44,886 nt of DNA from an uncultured Pseudomonadales bacterium (GTDB lineage Bacteria > Pseudomonadota > Gammaproteobacteria > Pseudomonadales > UBA7434). Made by a program: the position numbers and the translations under genes. Positions 9,479-18,972 of the stretch are shown here, one piece after another. Position 1 is the stretch's first letter; each line of letters starts with the position of its first letter. Under the pieces are notes generated by a model. The model was not told where the DNA came from, searched no databases, and saw only the letters and a program-made list of their open reading frames with translations. Where the stretch lies: NCBI GenBank assembly GCA_905480475.1, contig CAJQQO010000111.1, forward strand, positions 1 to 44,886, read 5' to 3'.

Positions 9479-10930
9479 TTAAACAAAAATCTCGTCGTTG
9501 ATGATTTCGCTGAGCGGTCGCGCAAGATGAATATACCGATTGAGTAACCTATAGGTTTCTCGATCAAACCAGCTTTGCGTTTTATTATTTTTAATCGCAC
9601 TCATTAACGGCTCAATATCTGACTCGGTTTCGACACTACCAAAATACGCCCACTGATCAATAACATGAATCGCCCTAGTCAAGCCCAAATCATCTTGATG
9701 ATCTTCATAGGATTCACTGATAAAAGCCGGACCGTCAAACGGCCATTGCAATATTTTTTCTGCCTCAAAAGCATTTAGCAAGCGCAAGTTGTGCTGAGCC
9801 ACACTTTCTTTTTCAACACATACACCAGCACAGCGTTTTAATTGATAATTAAAACAACTACCTTTAGATTTCTCAATACCCAATGCTTTTTTGCATAGTT
9901 TGTTATCTGCAATAATAGTGTCTAACCATTTATTGGCTTTGCTACGACCAGTAAACAAACCATAAAGTTGCTGCGAGAATGTCGCATACTCAGATGAACC
10001 ACCAAACGGCCTATCACTTAACATCGGCAATAACACCCCGTCGGTATTTTTTTGCAATTCAAAAGACCACATACTTAGGTAACGCCGTTGACGACGATTA
10101 TAAATCGGGCTTTTGATTTTGATCTCTTGATTTTCTAATAATAAAGCGCCTAATTCACCCGCCGTCACAGTCCAGTCCAGATCTCTTATTTCCTGCGATA
10201 AACGCATCTCTTTGCTGTTAGTTAAATCGGCATTAAAGTGTGATTTAACTCGCTCGGATAAATTAACGCTTTTACCAATATATAACAGGCTGTTGTTCTC
10301 CCCGTAAAAACGATAAACACCCGGCACAGTTGGAATGGCGTCAATAACATTCATGGCTATATGAATTGGCTGAGAAGGTCGTTTAAACTGCGACTGCGCT
10401 GCCGCGTTAACCGCATCAATACCTTGATCGGCAATCGCGTATTCGACAAAGGTACACATCGCCTCAACATCAGCCATCGCCCTATGACTGGTTTCACGAT
10501 GATAATTGATCCGCTGACAAATAGAGTCCAGGCTATGACTTTTAAACTGGGGATATAAAGCACGTGATAATTTAACCGTACAGACCACCTTGGGCCTAAA
10601 ATGAATATCCTGATGCGCAAAAGCCGCTTTTAAAAAGCCATAATCAAAGCGCGCGTTATGGGCAATAAATATTGCATCGTTAAGTAGTTCGTATAATTCA
10701 GGCGCAAGATCATCAAAGTAAGCTTGATCACTTACCATCGCATTGCTAATACCGGTTAACTGCTGAATAAAACCGGAAATCGACTTGCCCGGATTAACCA
10801 GTCGCTGCCAATTCATTACATCACCATCAGGATGATATAAGCGCAAACCAACTTCAGTTATCGCCTCAACCCGCGGACTGGTTCCCGTGGTTTCAAGATC
10901 GACAAATGCGCATACTTGATTTAACAACAT
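9479..10930 (-). CDS. DEDDh 3'-5' exonuclease (DnaQ-like) fused to a UvrC/Cho-like GIY-YIG endonuclease
   Basis: N-terminal DLETTG, AHNARFD, HRAMAD; then PGVYRF...LYIGKS...RVKSHF...LLE and a Cys cluster CFNYQLKRCAGVC. Confidence 0.9.
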   Translation of the reverse strand: MLLNQVCAFVDLETTGTSPRVEAITEVGLRLYHPDGDVMNWQRLVNPGKSISGFIQQLTGISNAMVSDQAYFDDLAPELYELLNDAIFIAHNARFDYGFLKAAFAHQDIHFRPKVVCTVKLSRALYPQFKSHSLDSICQRINYHRETSHRAMADVEAMCTFVEYAIADQGIDAVNAAAQSQFKRPSQPIHIAMNVIDAIPTVPGVYRFYGENNSLLYIGKSVNLSERVKSHFNADLTNSKEMRLSQEIRDLDWTVTAGELGALLLENQEIKIKSPIYNRRQRRYLSMWSFELQKNTDGVLLPMLSDRPFGGSSEYATFSQQLYGLFTGRSKANKWLDTIIADNKLCKKALGIEKSKGSCFNYQLKRCAGVCVEKESVAQHNLRLLNAFEAEKILQWPFDGPAFISESYEDHQDDLGLTRAIHVIDQWAYFGSVETESDIEPLMSAIKNNKTQSWFDRETYRLLNRYIHLARPLSEIINDEIFV

Positions 10931-11020
10931 AGTGAAAAACTTTTATTAAAATGAGTTTTTTTAAATCGTAATCTTTTATAACACTGTCTAACAATGACAT
11001 TGACCATGCCAAGCTTGTGG

Positions 11021-12631
11021 CTAAGCGTATTCCACTAATAACGCACTATCGATTCTTTGCATATATTCGGCTTCTTGCTCCAAATCGGCATTGAGTAGAT
11101 GATTAAGCTCAAGCTCACTCGAATCAATTGTTAAGGTTAGGTTTGAGCCGCTGGCTTTTAGCGCTAGCTGCTTAAGTGGTAGTGGCAATCTTAAATTATT
11201 TAAAAGCACCGCTAATCGCAGCAAGCGAGTTAAACGCACTAATTGCTTGATGCCTACACCACGCATTAACGGTAAATTTTCTAATTTTAAACGCTTGCGA
11301 TGATTACCTACTAACACAGCTAATATCAGTTGCTGCTCCTGATTGTAGCCGGGCAAGTCGCTGTGATCTAACACATAGGCTGAGTGCCGATGCACATTAC
11401 TCGAACTTATCTGTAAACCAACCTCATGTAGCTGTGCGGCCTCGTGCAATAACTCTTTTAATATCGGCGATTTCAAATCCCAATCACTGGCTACTTGCGA
11501 GTAAAAATAATCGCAAGTCTCGGCAACTTGCTCGGCATAAGGTATATCAAGTAAGTAACGGGCCTGCAAGCTTTGGCGGGTGCGCTGACGAATATCGTCA
11601 TGGCGCATTTGTTGATCCATTTCATAAAGTATGCCTTCCCTTAATGCGGCATCACAGTAATGTAGCGATTTTATTTTTAAGCTATCCATAACCGCAAGCA
11701 AAATTGCCAGACCACTTGGCACTAAATGCTGTCGCGATTCACTAACCCCTAGCGTTTGCAATTCATCAAGATGCTCAATACTTAAAATCCAGTCGCGCAA
11801 GGTCGCTAAGTCATCACGATGCAAATGGCCTTCAGCTCGATCGTTATCGCACAGTTCAAAAACCGCCTTGGCTAATACTTTTGCTGTACCCGAGGTTGCA
11901 AATACCTGATCCCACTCGCCACGACCCAAGCTATTTGCGCAGTGTTCCATCTGCTGCATTGCGGCGGTATAGGCTTTACCAAAGGTTTTTTTATTTACAA
12001 TTTTTGGAAAGTATCGACGCGAGTAACTGACACATCCCATACGCCGACTCTCGCGCACATGCGGATCAAAACCCTGCCCCAAAGCTAACTCGGTACTGCC
12101 ACCACCAATATCGATAACCAACGCGCTACCGCTTAAGGTTTCGGTATGCGCAACACCTTGAAAAATTAGTCGCGCTTCTTCGCGGCCGGAAATCACCTCA
12201 ATCGGGAAGCCCACCGCTTGCTCGGCCAATGATAAAAAATAATCGCGATTTTGCGCAGCTCTAACAGTGTAGGTAGCTACAATACGGACTTGATCGGGCG
12301 AGCAATCTTTTAACAATTGCCCCATTTGCTCAAGGCATTGAACGCCACGCTCCATCGCCTTATTACTCAGGCTCAAGTTATCATCCAAACCGGCGGCTAA
12401 TTGCACTTGCTCTTTACGGCTTTGCACCGATTGCAAAGCCCCCATAACCGTGCGCGCAACAATTAAGTGGAAACTATTAGAACCAATATCGATGGCACCT
12501 AACAGCTGCGACTCTGGTAGCGAAGGTGTATCCGGTGTGGAGGTTTTACTGTCGCCTTTAGAAACGACAGAACTTTTGATGTCGTTATTATTTTTAGCTT
12601 TTTTAGCGGCGCTCTTTATACTTCTTGTCAT
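11021..12631 (-). CDS. ppx: Exopolyphosphatase (Ppx/GppA family)
   Basis: IDIGSNSFH, ISGREEARL, DIGGGSTE, LREG, C-terminal LHEVG domain; immediately downstream of ppk1. Confidence 0.93.
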   Translation of the reverse strand: MTRSIKSAAKKAKNNNDIKSSVVSKGDSKTSTPDTPSLPESQLLGAIDIGSNSFHLIVARTVMGALQSVQSRKEQVQLAAGLDDNLSLSNKAMERGVQCLEQMGQLLKDCSPDQVRIVATYTVRAAQNRDYFLSLAEQAVGFPIEVISGREEARLIFQGVAHTETLSGSALVIDIGGGSTELALGQGFDPHVRESRRMGCVSYSRRYFPKIVNKKTFGKAYTAAMQQMEHCANSLGRGEWDQVFATSGTAKVLAKAVFELCDNDRAEGHLHRDDLATLRDWILSIEHLDELQTLGVSESRQHLVPSGLAILLAVMDSLKIKSLHYCDAALREGILYEMDQQMRHDDIRQRTRQSLQARYLLDIPYAEQVAETCDYFYSQVASDWDLKSPILKELLHEAAQLHEVGLQISSSNVHRHSAYVLDHSDLPGYNQEQQLILAVLVGNHRKRLKLENLPLMRGVGIKQLVRLTRLLRLAVLLNNLRLPLPLKQLALKASGSNLTLTIDSSELELNHLLNADLEQEAEYMQRIDSALLVEYA

Positions 12632-12672
12632 GCATAAACCATATACGAAATTGATTACTCATCAACATTTTT

Positions 12673-14733
12673 TTATTTCTTACTTTCCAGTTTTTTTATC
12701 ATATCGTAAATAGCAAACTGAGAGCGAATTTTACGCTTATTACCGCGTGGTTTGTAAATATTCGACTGTTCGGCATCAATTATTCGGGCTTTGGTGGTAT
12801 CCGACCACTGCAATTCAAGAATATCAATAATTTTCTGCTTAAGCTTGGGGTCGTAAACAGGACAGCCCACCTCAACCCGCTGATCGATATTACGGGTCAT
12901 CCAATCCGCCGAAGACAGAATCACATTTGGGTCGCCGCCATTATGATAAATGGCAACGCGCGGATGTTCAAGAAAGCGATCGACAATAGAAATAACCTGA
13001 ATATTTTTGCTAAAGCCTTCAACGCCCGGAACTAAAGAACAAATACCGCGAACGATCATGCGGATTTTGACACCAGCATTACTGGCCGCATATAAGCGAT
13101 TAATAATTCCAACATCGTCAATATTATTGAGTTTTAAAAATATAAATGCTTTTTTACCTGCATTGGCAGCAGTAATTTCTCTATCAATCGCCATATAAAT
13201 TCGCGACCGACTCTCAATCGGAGAAACCCATAAGTGATTAAAGGTAAAGCGCTTGTAACTGTGAGTAATAAACTCAAAGACATTACTCACTTCCGAGGCA
13301 ATTTCGGCATGACTGGTAAACAGCGAAAAGTCAGTATAGGTTTTGGCCGTTTTCTCATGGAAGTTGCCAGTACCAATATGCGCATACCGGACTAGCTGAT
13401 CATCTTCGGAACGAGTCACTAATACTAATTTGCAATGGCTCTTTAAAGTTGGCACACCAAATTCAACTTTAATGCCCGCCTCGGTCAATACCTTTGCCCA
13501 CTCGATATTGGCTTCTTCGTCAAAGCGCGCAGTAAGCTCCAGCACCACCGTTACTTTTTTACCGTTTTCTACCGCATCGATTAGGGATTTAACGATGCGA
13601 CTGCGCTTAGCCAAACGGTACGCACTAATTTTTATATCTCGCACCGCAGGATCAAATGCGGCCTGACGTAAAAACTCGGTGACGTAGCGAAACTTATGAT
13701 AGGGATAATAAAGTAAAATATCCTTGGCTTTAATCGCTTCAAACACATTGGGATGCCGTTCAAAATCCCGGCTATTGAGCGCCGGTAACTTAGAGTTCTC
13801 AAGATACACACGACCAACATTGGGAAAACCAATAAAATCGCGAAAGTTATGGTAGCGGCCACCGGGGATCACCGAATCATAACTAGACATGCCCAGCTTC
13901 TTTTTTAACAGCTTAATCATTTCCTGCGGCATTTCTCTATCATGCACAAAACGCACAGGAGCCGCAGTAAGCCTGCGCTTAACACCGGCAGACATCTGCT
14001 CAAGTAGCGATTGATCAATATCGTCCAACACACCAAAGTCGGCATCACGTGTCATCTTCATGGAATAAGATAAGCAAGTGTCATACTCAAAAAAGGGTCT
14101 GAAAATATCGTCGGCGCAGTAGCGAATAATATTGTCTAATAAAATAATATTTTTACGCTTATTGGATTTTTGTTTAGGTAAGCGGATAAAGCGCGGCGCA
14201 TCATTGGTAGGCACTTCAACAACAGCGTAACGCACATTGTCTTTACTGCGCATCTCGACAACCAAATAGGTTAAGTCGTCTTTAAGCACATTGCTGAGTG
14301 AGGTATCATCTTCAACAATAATAGGAGCGATATACCGCAGTAACTTCTCACGAAAATATTTATGTAACCAAACACTTTGCTCATCGCTAATTTGGGTTTC
14401 ATTAACAATAAAAATATGCCGCTTGGCTAAACCTTTTAGAACATCGGTATAGATAATATCAAACTGCTCTTGCAGCTTAAGCACTTTTTCCTGAATCATG
14501 TTGAGTAATCGTTTACTTCCCGTGGCATCACCACCGGCGCGATCAATCAACAAACGTCGCCGAACATCAGCAACACGCACCCGGAAAAACTCATCCTGGT
14601 TGTTAGAAAAAATGCCGAGAAAGCGAACCCGTTCAATAATGGGCACCGAGTGATCTACCGCTTCCTGCAACACCCGCTCGTTAAAGGATAACCAACTTAG
14701 CTCTTTTTCAATATAGGGAATTTCTTTATCCAT
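12673..14733 (-). CDS. ppk1: Polyphosphate kinase 1
   Basis: ELSWLSFNERVL, FSNNQDEFFRVRVA, ARFDEEANI, KSHCK, GTGNF, DRFLEH, SADWMTRN. Confidence 0.98.
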   Translation of the reverse strand: MDKEIPYIEKELSWLSFNERVLQEAVDHSVPIIERVRFLGIFSNNQDEFFRVRVADVRRRLLIDRAGGDATGSKRLLNMIQEKVLKLQEQFDIIYTDVLKGLAKRHIFIVNETQISDEQSVWLHKYFREKLLRYIAPIIVEDDTSLSNVLKDDLTYLVVEMRSKDNVRYAVVEVPTNDAPRFIRLPKQKSNKRKNIILLDNIIRYCADDIFRPFFEYDTCLSYSMKMTRDADFGVLDDIDQSLLEQMSAGVKRRLTAAPVRFVHDREMPQEMIKLLKKKLGMSSYDSVIPGGRYHNFRDFIGFPNVGRVYLENSKLPALNSRDFERHPNVFEAIKAKDILLYYPYHKFRYVTEFLRQAAFDPAVRDIKISAYRLAKRSRIVKSLIDAVENGKKVTVVLELTARFDEEANIEWAKVLTEAGIKVEFGVPTLKSHCKLVLVTRSEDDQLVRYAHIGTGNFHEKTAKTYTDFSLFTSHAEIASEVSNVFEFITHSYKRFTFNHLWVSPIESRSRIYMAIDREITAANAGKKAFIFLKLNNIDDVGIINRLYAASNAGVKIRMIVRGICSLVPGVEGFSKNIQVISIVDRFLEHPRVAIYHNGGDPNVILSSADWMTRNIDQRVEVGCPVYDPKLKQKIIDILELQWSDTTKARIIDAEQSNIYKPRGNKRKIRSQFAIYDMIKKLESKK

Positions 14734-14916
14734 ATGGCTCTTTTTACCGACAATAGTTTTATCACCAGCAAGTAGTAATAGCTGGCTAGATTAACTCGCT
14801 GCTAAGGGTTTACAACACGCTCTGGGAAGCCGGTAATTAAACCATTTTTTGCCTATGCTTAGCTATCTTGGTCCGCTAATGATTTGTTACTTAATTATTG
14901 GCTGCAAGCCTGCCAA

Positions 14917-14938
14917 GGCGTTGATATATATCAACGCC
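14917..14938. promoter_or_regulatory. FNR/ANR-type binding site within a perfect 22-bp palindrome
   Basis: GGCGTTGATATATATCAACGCC; the core 14921-14934 is TTGAT-ATAT-ATCAA, an exact TTGAT-N4-ATCAA consensus. Confidence 0.65.
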
Positions 14939-14969
14939 GGTGATTTCTCCATAGCCAAGCTTTTGTTCT

Positions 14970-14998
14970 GTGTCATAAATATGCAATAAAAAGTTCAT
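14970..14998 (+). promoter_or_regulatory. Putative Pho box array (PhoB binding site)
   Basis: GTGTCAT-AAAT-ATGCAAT-AAAA-AGTTCAT: three heptamers at 11-bp period with A/T spacers, resembling CTGTCAT-N4; ends about 35 bp upstream of the PAP2 start. Confidence 0.6.
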
Positions 14999-15032
14999 AT
15001 TTCCACAACAGGCCGCAGCTAATCTTGACAAT

Positions 15033-15545
15033 ATGCAGATACTTAATCGTTTGGTAGACTATGACCAACGCATTTTCTTATGGTGCGCCGCATTCAGTCA
15101 CACCAAAAACCTACATACAGCCGCGCGTATTATCTCTCGCACCGGGGATGGTTATTTACAAGTATTTTTACCGCTGCTAATTTGGGCCTATATCGGCGCG
15201 TCGGCTTTTACATTTGTGAATGTCCTCGTACTCGCTTTTACCATCGAACGCAGCCTGTACTGGGTGCTTAAAAATAGTCTTAAACGACGACGTCCTCCAG
15301 CTGCGATTCCGCGTTTTAAAGCTCTGATTACTGTTTCAGACGAATTTAGCTTTCCGTCCGGACATACCTCCGGCGCATTTTTGCTAGCGATTTTAGTTTC
15401 AAGCTATATTCCCATACTGGCAATACCCTTATTTATCTGGGTGGCCTGTGTTGGTTTATCGCGCGTTATGTTAGGCGTGCATTTTCCTGCCGATATTATT
15501 GCTGGCATGGTACTTGGCGGTAGCATTGCCTTGCTCTTTCTATAA
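15033..15545 (+). CDS. PAP2-family membrane phosphatase
   Basis: KxxxxxxRP (KNSLKRRRP), FPSGH and SRVMLGVHFPAD motifs; hydrophobic segments. Confidence 0.92.
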   Translation: MQILNRLVDYDQRIFLWCAAFSHTKNLHTAARIISRTGDGYLQVFLPLLIWAYIGASAFTFVNVLVLAFTIERSLYWVLKNSLKRRRPPAAIPRFKALITVSDEFSFPSGHTSGAFLLAILVSSYIPILAIPLFIWVACVGLSRVMLGVHFPADIIAGMVLGGSIALLFL

Positions 15546-15606
15546 ATACCACCTATCTAGACCTTACTTTATCTAATTCAGCTTACTGTTATTGTTTTTA
15601 AAATCT

Positions 15607-16674
15607 ATGAGAATACTTTACGGCATTCAAGGCACGGGCAACGGTCATATTAGCCGAGCCCGTATGCTCGCCCGTCATTTTAGCAACAGCAATATTGAGG
15701 TCACTTATCTTCTTTCCGGACGCAGCCGCGACAAGTTTTTTGATATGGACGCTTTTGGTGATTTTATTTGCTTACGCGGCCTAACCTTTTATAGCGAAAA
15801 TGGTCGAGTGAACTATCCCAAGACGGCAATAAAAAATAATATCTTTCGCTTTGCCGCCGACATGCTCGCATTGGATGTAAGTGCTTACGATTTAATTATT
15901 AGCGACTTTGAGCCTATTAGCGCCTGGGCCGGAAAACTGCGCGGCGTTAAAGTGATTGGCCTTGGTCATCAATATGCCTTTGGACATAATATCCCGCGCG
16001 CAGGAGCCAACTTAATCGCCAGCAATGTTATGCGCTTTTTTGCACCGGCAAGTTTTCCTTTGGGTTTGCATTGGCATCACTTTGGCAATCCCATCCTGCC
16101 GCCTATTATTGATACCGATATTAAACGTGTCGGTTCTACGGCTAAAGATGCCGCTATAGCTACAAACAAAAAATCCATTGTTATCTATCTGCCGTTTGAA
16201 AATCAACAAAGCGTACAGGCACTGGTAAGCCCTTTAAAAGATTTTCAATTTACTATCTATTCACCGGAATTAAAAGATGAAGATCACGGACATATTGCTT
16301 TGCGCAAAACTAGTCTTCACGGATTTAAACGCGATCTAGAATCATCGCAAGGCGTTATTTGCAATTCGGGCTTTGAATTAATTAGCGAATGCCTATATTT
16401 GGGCCTGCCAGTCTTAAGCAAACCTCAAGGCGGACAAATGGAACAGCTAAGCAACGCCGAAGCGTTAAAAACGTTGGCTTATGCTACAACTACTAATCAG
16501 TTGGATACCTTAAATATTCAGCAATGGTTAAACAACTTATCCACACCAATAATATTAAGATTTCCGGACGTTGCCAAACGAGTAGTGGAATGGTTATCGA
16601 CTGGCCAGCAAGAAACCGCTAGCGAGCTAAGCCAAACTTTATGGGCGCAAGTAGAGAAAACTAAAGAAAAGTAG
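15607..16674 (+). CDS. MJ1255/VC2487-family glycosyltransferase (GT-B fold)
   Basis: MRILYGIQGTGNGHISR, ISDFEP, CNSGFELISE, GQMEQLSNA. ATG at 15607 preferred over TTG at 15592. Confidence 0.85.
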   Translation: MRILYGIQGTGNGHISRARMLARHFSNSNIEVTYLLSGRSRDKFFDMDAFGDFICLRGLTFYSENGRVNYPKTAIKNNIFRFAADMLALDVSAYDLIISDFEPISAWAGKLRGVKVIGLGHQYAFGHNIPRAGANLIASNVMRFFAPASFPLGLHWHHFGNPILPPIIDTDIKRVGSTAKDAAIATNKKSIVIYLPFENQQSVQALVSPLKDFQFTIYSPELKDEDHGHIALRKTSLHGFKRDLESSQGVICNSGFELISECLYLGLPVLSKPQGGQMEQLSNAEALKTLAYATTTNQLDTLNIQQWLNNLSTPIILRFPDVAKRVVEWLSTGQQETASELSQTLWAQVEKTKEK

Positions 16675-16708
16675 AAAACTATCGTCCCCACATACTCGGG
16701 GACGATAG
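16675..16708 (-). terminator. Intrinsic terminator-like hairpin between the convergent glycosyltransferase and metY genes
   Basis: 11-bp perfect stem CTATCGTCCCC / GGGGACGATAG with 8-nt loop; followed by TTTT on the minus strand. Confidence 0.75.
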
Positions 16709-16734
16709 CGTAAAGCCTTTGCACTAGAACTTTA

Positions 16735-18009
16735 TTAAGCCTGAGTAGCCTGCAAAGCCTGTTCAATATCAGTAATAATATCATCGATATGTTCAATACC
16801 TATCGACAGCCTTACCAAGTCAGTACTAACACCTGCCTTGGCCATTTCTTCTTCATTTAATTGTCGGTGCGTTGTACTAGCCGGATGGCAGGCAAGACTT
16901 TTTGCATCACCAATATTGACCAAGCGCTTAATCATTTGCAGTGCATCAATAAATTTAGCACCCGACTCAGCACCCCCTTCAATACCAAAACTTAAAATCG
17001 CTGATGGCTTACCGTTAACCACACGCTGCGCCAGCTTATGAAATTTATCCGTAGGCAAACCGGCATAGTTAACCCAGCTAATCAGTTTATGCGCCTGTAA
17101 ATACTCCGCAGCCGCCTGCGCATTTTCTACATGGCGATCCATTCTTAAGGCCAAAGTTTCTAATCCCTGCATCGCCAAAAACGCATTAAAAGGCGATATT
17201 GCCGCGCCCATATTTCGCAGTGGCACTACACGAGCGCGACCAATAAATGCCGCCGGTCCCATTGCCTCGGTATAAACCACACCATGGTAAGACGGATCGG
17301 GTTGATTAAAGCGCGGGAAGCGCGGATTATCTTTCCAAGGGAATTTCCCGGAGTCAATAATAATGCCTCCGATAGTAGTACCGTGACCACCAATATATTT
17401 TGTTAGCGAATGCACAACAATATCAGCGCCCAACTCAATAGGCCGACATAGATACGGCGTCGCCACTGTGTTATCAACAATCACCGGCACGCCATGTTTA
17501 TGCGCCATATCTGATAAGGCCTGAATATCAACAATATTGCCTGCGGGATTACCAATGCTTTCACAAAAGATGGCCTTGGTATTGCCATCAATCAAACTTT
17601 CCAGCTCAGCGATATCACTGCCCGAGCCCATACGCGCCTCGATACCAAGCTGCGGAAAAGTATGCGCAAATAAATTATAAGTGCCGCCATAGAGCTGGCT
17701 GACGCTAACAATATTGTCGCCCGCCGCCGCAACGGTTTGAATACTGGCAGTAATCGCCGCCATACCCGAGGCAAAACATAAACCGCCAATACCGCCCTCC
17801 ATATCAGCCAGGCGCTGCTCGAGCACGTCGGTAGTCGGATTCATAATACGGGTATAGATATTACCCGGCTCTTTTAGATCAAATAGATCTGCACCGTGCT
17901 GGGTGTCGCGAAAGCTATAAGAGGTGGTTTGATAGATTGGCACCGCCACCGCACGCGTTGTAGGATCGTCGTTAAAGCCGGAGTGAATCGCTTTGGTTTC
18001 AAGTTTCAT
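16735..18009 (-). CDS. metY: O-acetylhomoserine aminocarboxypropyltransferase (sulfhydrylase)
   Basis: PIYQTTSY, GNIYTRIMNPT, VDNTVAT, PLP-Lys motif HSLTKYIGGHG, NIGDAKSL, HPASTTH. Confidence 0.92.
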   Translation of the reverse strand: MKLETKAIHSGFNDDPTTRAVAVPIYQTTSYSFRDTQHGADLFDLKEPGNIYTRIMNPTTDVLEQRLADMEGGIGGLCFASGMAAITASIQTVAAAGDNIVSVSQLYGGTYNLFAHTFPQLGIEARMGSGSDIAELESLIDGNTKAIFCESIGNPAGNIVDIQALSDMAHKHGVPVIVDNTVATPYLCRPIELGADIVVHSLTKYIGGHGTTIGGIIIDSGKFPWKDNPRFPRFNQPDPSYHGVVYTEAMGPAAFIGRARVVPLRNMGAAISPFNAFLAMQGLETLALRMDRHVENAQAAAEYLQAHKLISWVNYAGLPTDKFHKLAQRVVNGKPSAILSFGIEGGAESGAKFIDALQMIKRLVNIGDAKSLACHPASTTHRQLNEEEMAKAGVSTDLVRLSIGIEHIDDIITDIEQALQATQA

Positions 18010-18195
18010 ATTGAGCTCCCTGTTAGCTAATAATGGGGCTAATTAAATGGCTATCCGCAAACAAACACAAGCACATTCGTGTAATCAAGGATTAAATTGA
18101 GGCAAAGCGGGAAAGTTTTTTAGCTGAGGCTAGAACAGAGATAAGAATAAAGGCATGAATCTAGACGCGATTTGTCTAATATGTAAATTAGCTCC

Positions 18196-18225
18196 GCCCA
18201 TATTGATAGCAAAAACAATACGGGC
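18196..18225 (-). terminator. Hairpin downstream of the YfaZ-like gene (weak, no clear U-tract)
   Basis: Minus strand GCCCGTATTG-N10-CAATATGGGC, a 10-bp stem with one G-U pair. Confidence 0.35.
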
Positions 18226-18273
18226 AGTACTCAGCTAGATATTAAGCTAGAAAGGTATTGGGGTTAAGCACTA

Positions 18274-18846
18274 TTAAAACTGAAACTTGACACCAAAGTA
18301 AGCGTCGTCATAAACGTCGATATCGATTCTGCCGGTATCGGCTTCTAAACGGCGATAACCGACAAAAAGTGAGCCGTTTTCTAATAATTGATAGGCCAGT
18401 CGGGCATCGACTTCAAATGAGTTATCAAAGTCGCCACCGGTAATAATATCCGGCGAGTAGTAAACACTGGCACCAGCAAAAAGTTTAGGTAGCAGCTCTA
18501 TAGCCGCGCCCACACCCAGAGCCACACCAAAACCACTATCATTTTCGGTATCTAACCAAAAACCTTTGGCGCCCAACTCAACTTCAAATTCGCCCACTTT
18601 ATCTTGGGTAAAAAATTTGTAGCTAAGTTGATTAGAGCCTAAATCCTCAAAGTCCGAATGCATAAAAGCTAACTGCCCGGCAAAGTTTTTTTCATACTCA
18701 CTGGTAAAGCGTAAATCGATCAATTCTTCATTAATCGATAACTCTAACTCATTGGCAAATGTCGAAACACTCGTCAACATACCCGCCGTTACCGTCACTG
18801 CCAATGCCGCACAGCAGCTACCAATGCTTAATTGATTTGTTTTCAT
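18274..18846 (-). CDS. YfaZ-like outer-membrane beta-barrel protein
   Basis: Signal peptide, alternating beta-strand pattern, YYSPDI and FVGYR motifs, C-terminal Phe (FGVKFQF). ATG at 18846, in-frame GTG at 18849. Confidence 0.75.
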   Translation of the reverse strand: MKTNQLSIGSCCAALAVTVTAGMLTSVSTFANELELSINEELIDLRFTSEYEKNFAGQLAFMHSDFEDLGSNQLSYKFFTQDKVGEFEVELGAKGFWLDTENDSGFGVALGVGAAIELLPKLFAGASVYYSPDIITGGDFDNSFEVDARLAYQLLENGSLFVGYRRLEADTGRIDIDVYDDAYFGVKFQF

Positions 18847-18972
18847 CACGATGATTTCCTATTTTTAAAATTGGCAATAAAATTTGATTTAGCGTGAATT
18901 CGACGCCACTAAAGAACATCTATCCTAACAAAACTTACTGGTCGGAAAATAACAACTATTAGCAGTTCTTAA

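Noticed and set aside
10984-11000. CTGTCTAACAATGACAT as a LexA box or Pho half-site
   Set aside because: Spacing and right arm do not fit CTGT-N8-ACAG, and there is only one Pho-like heptamer.
18010-18273. SAM riboswitch or MetJ boxes upstream of metY
   Set aside because: Only one weak AGACGCGA match, no tandem 8-mers, and no aptamer that I can recognise.
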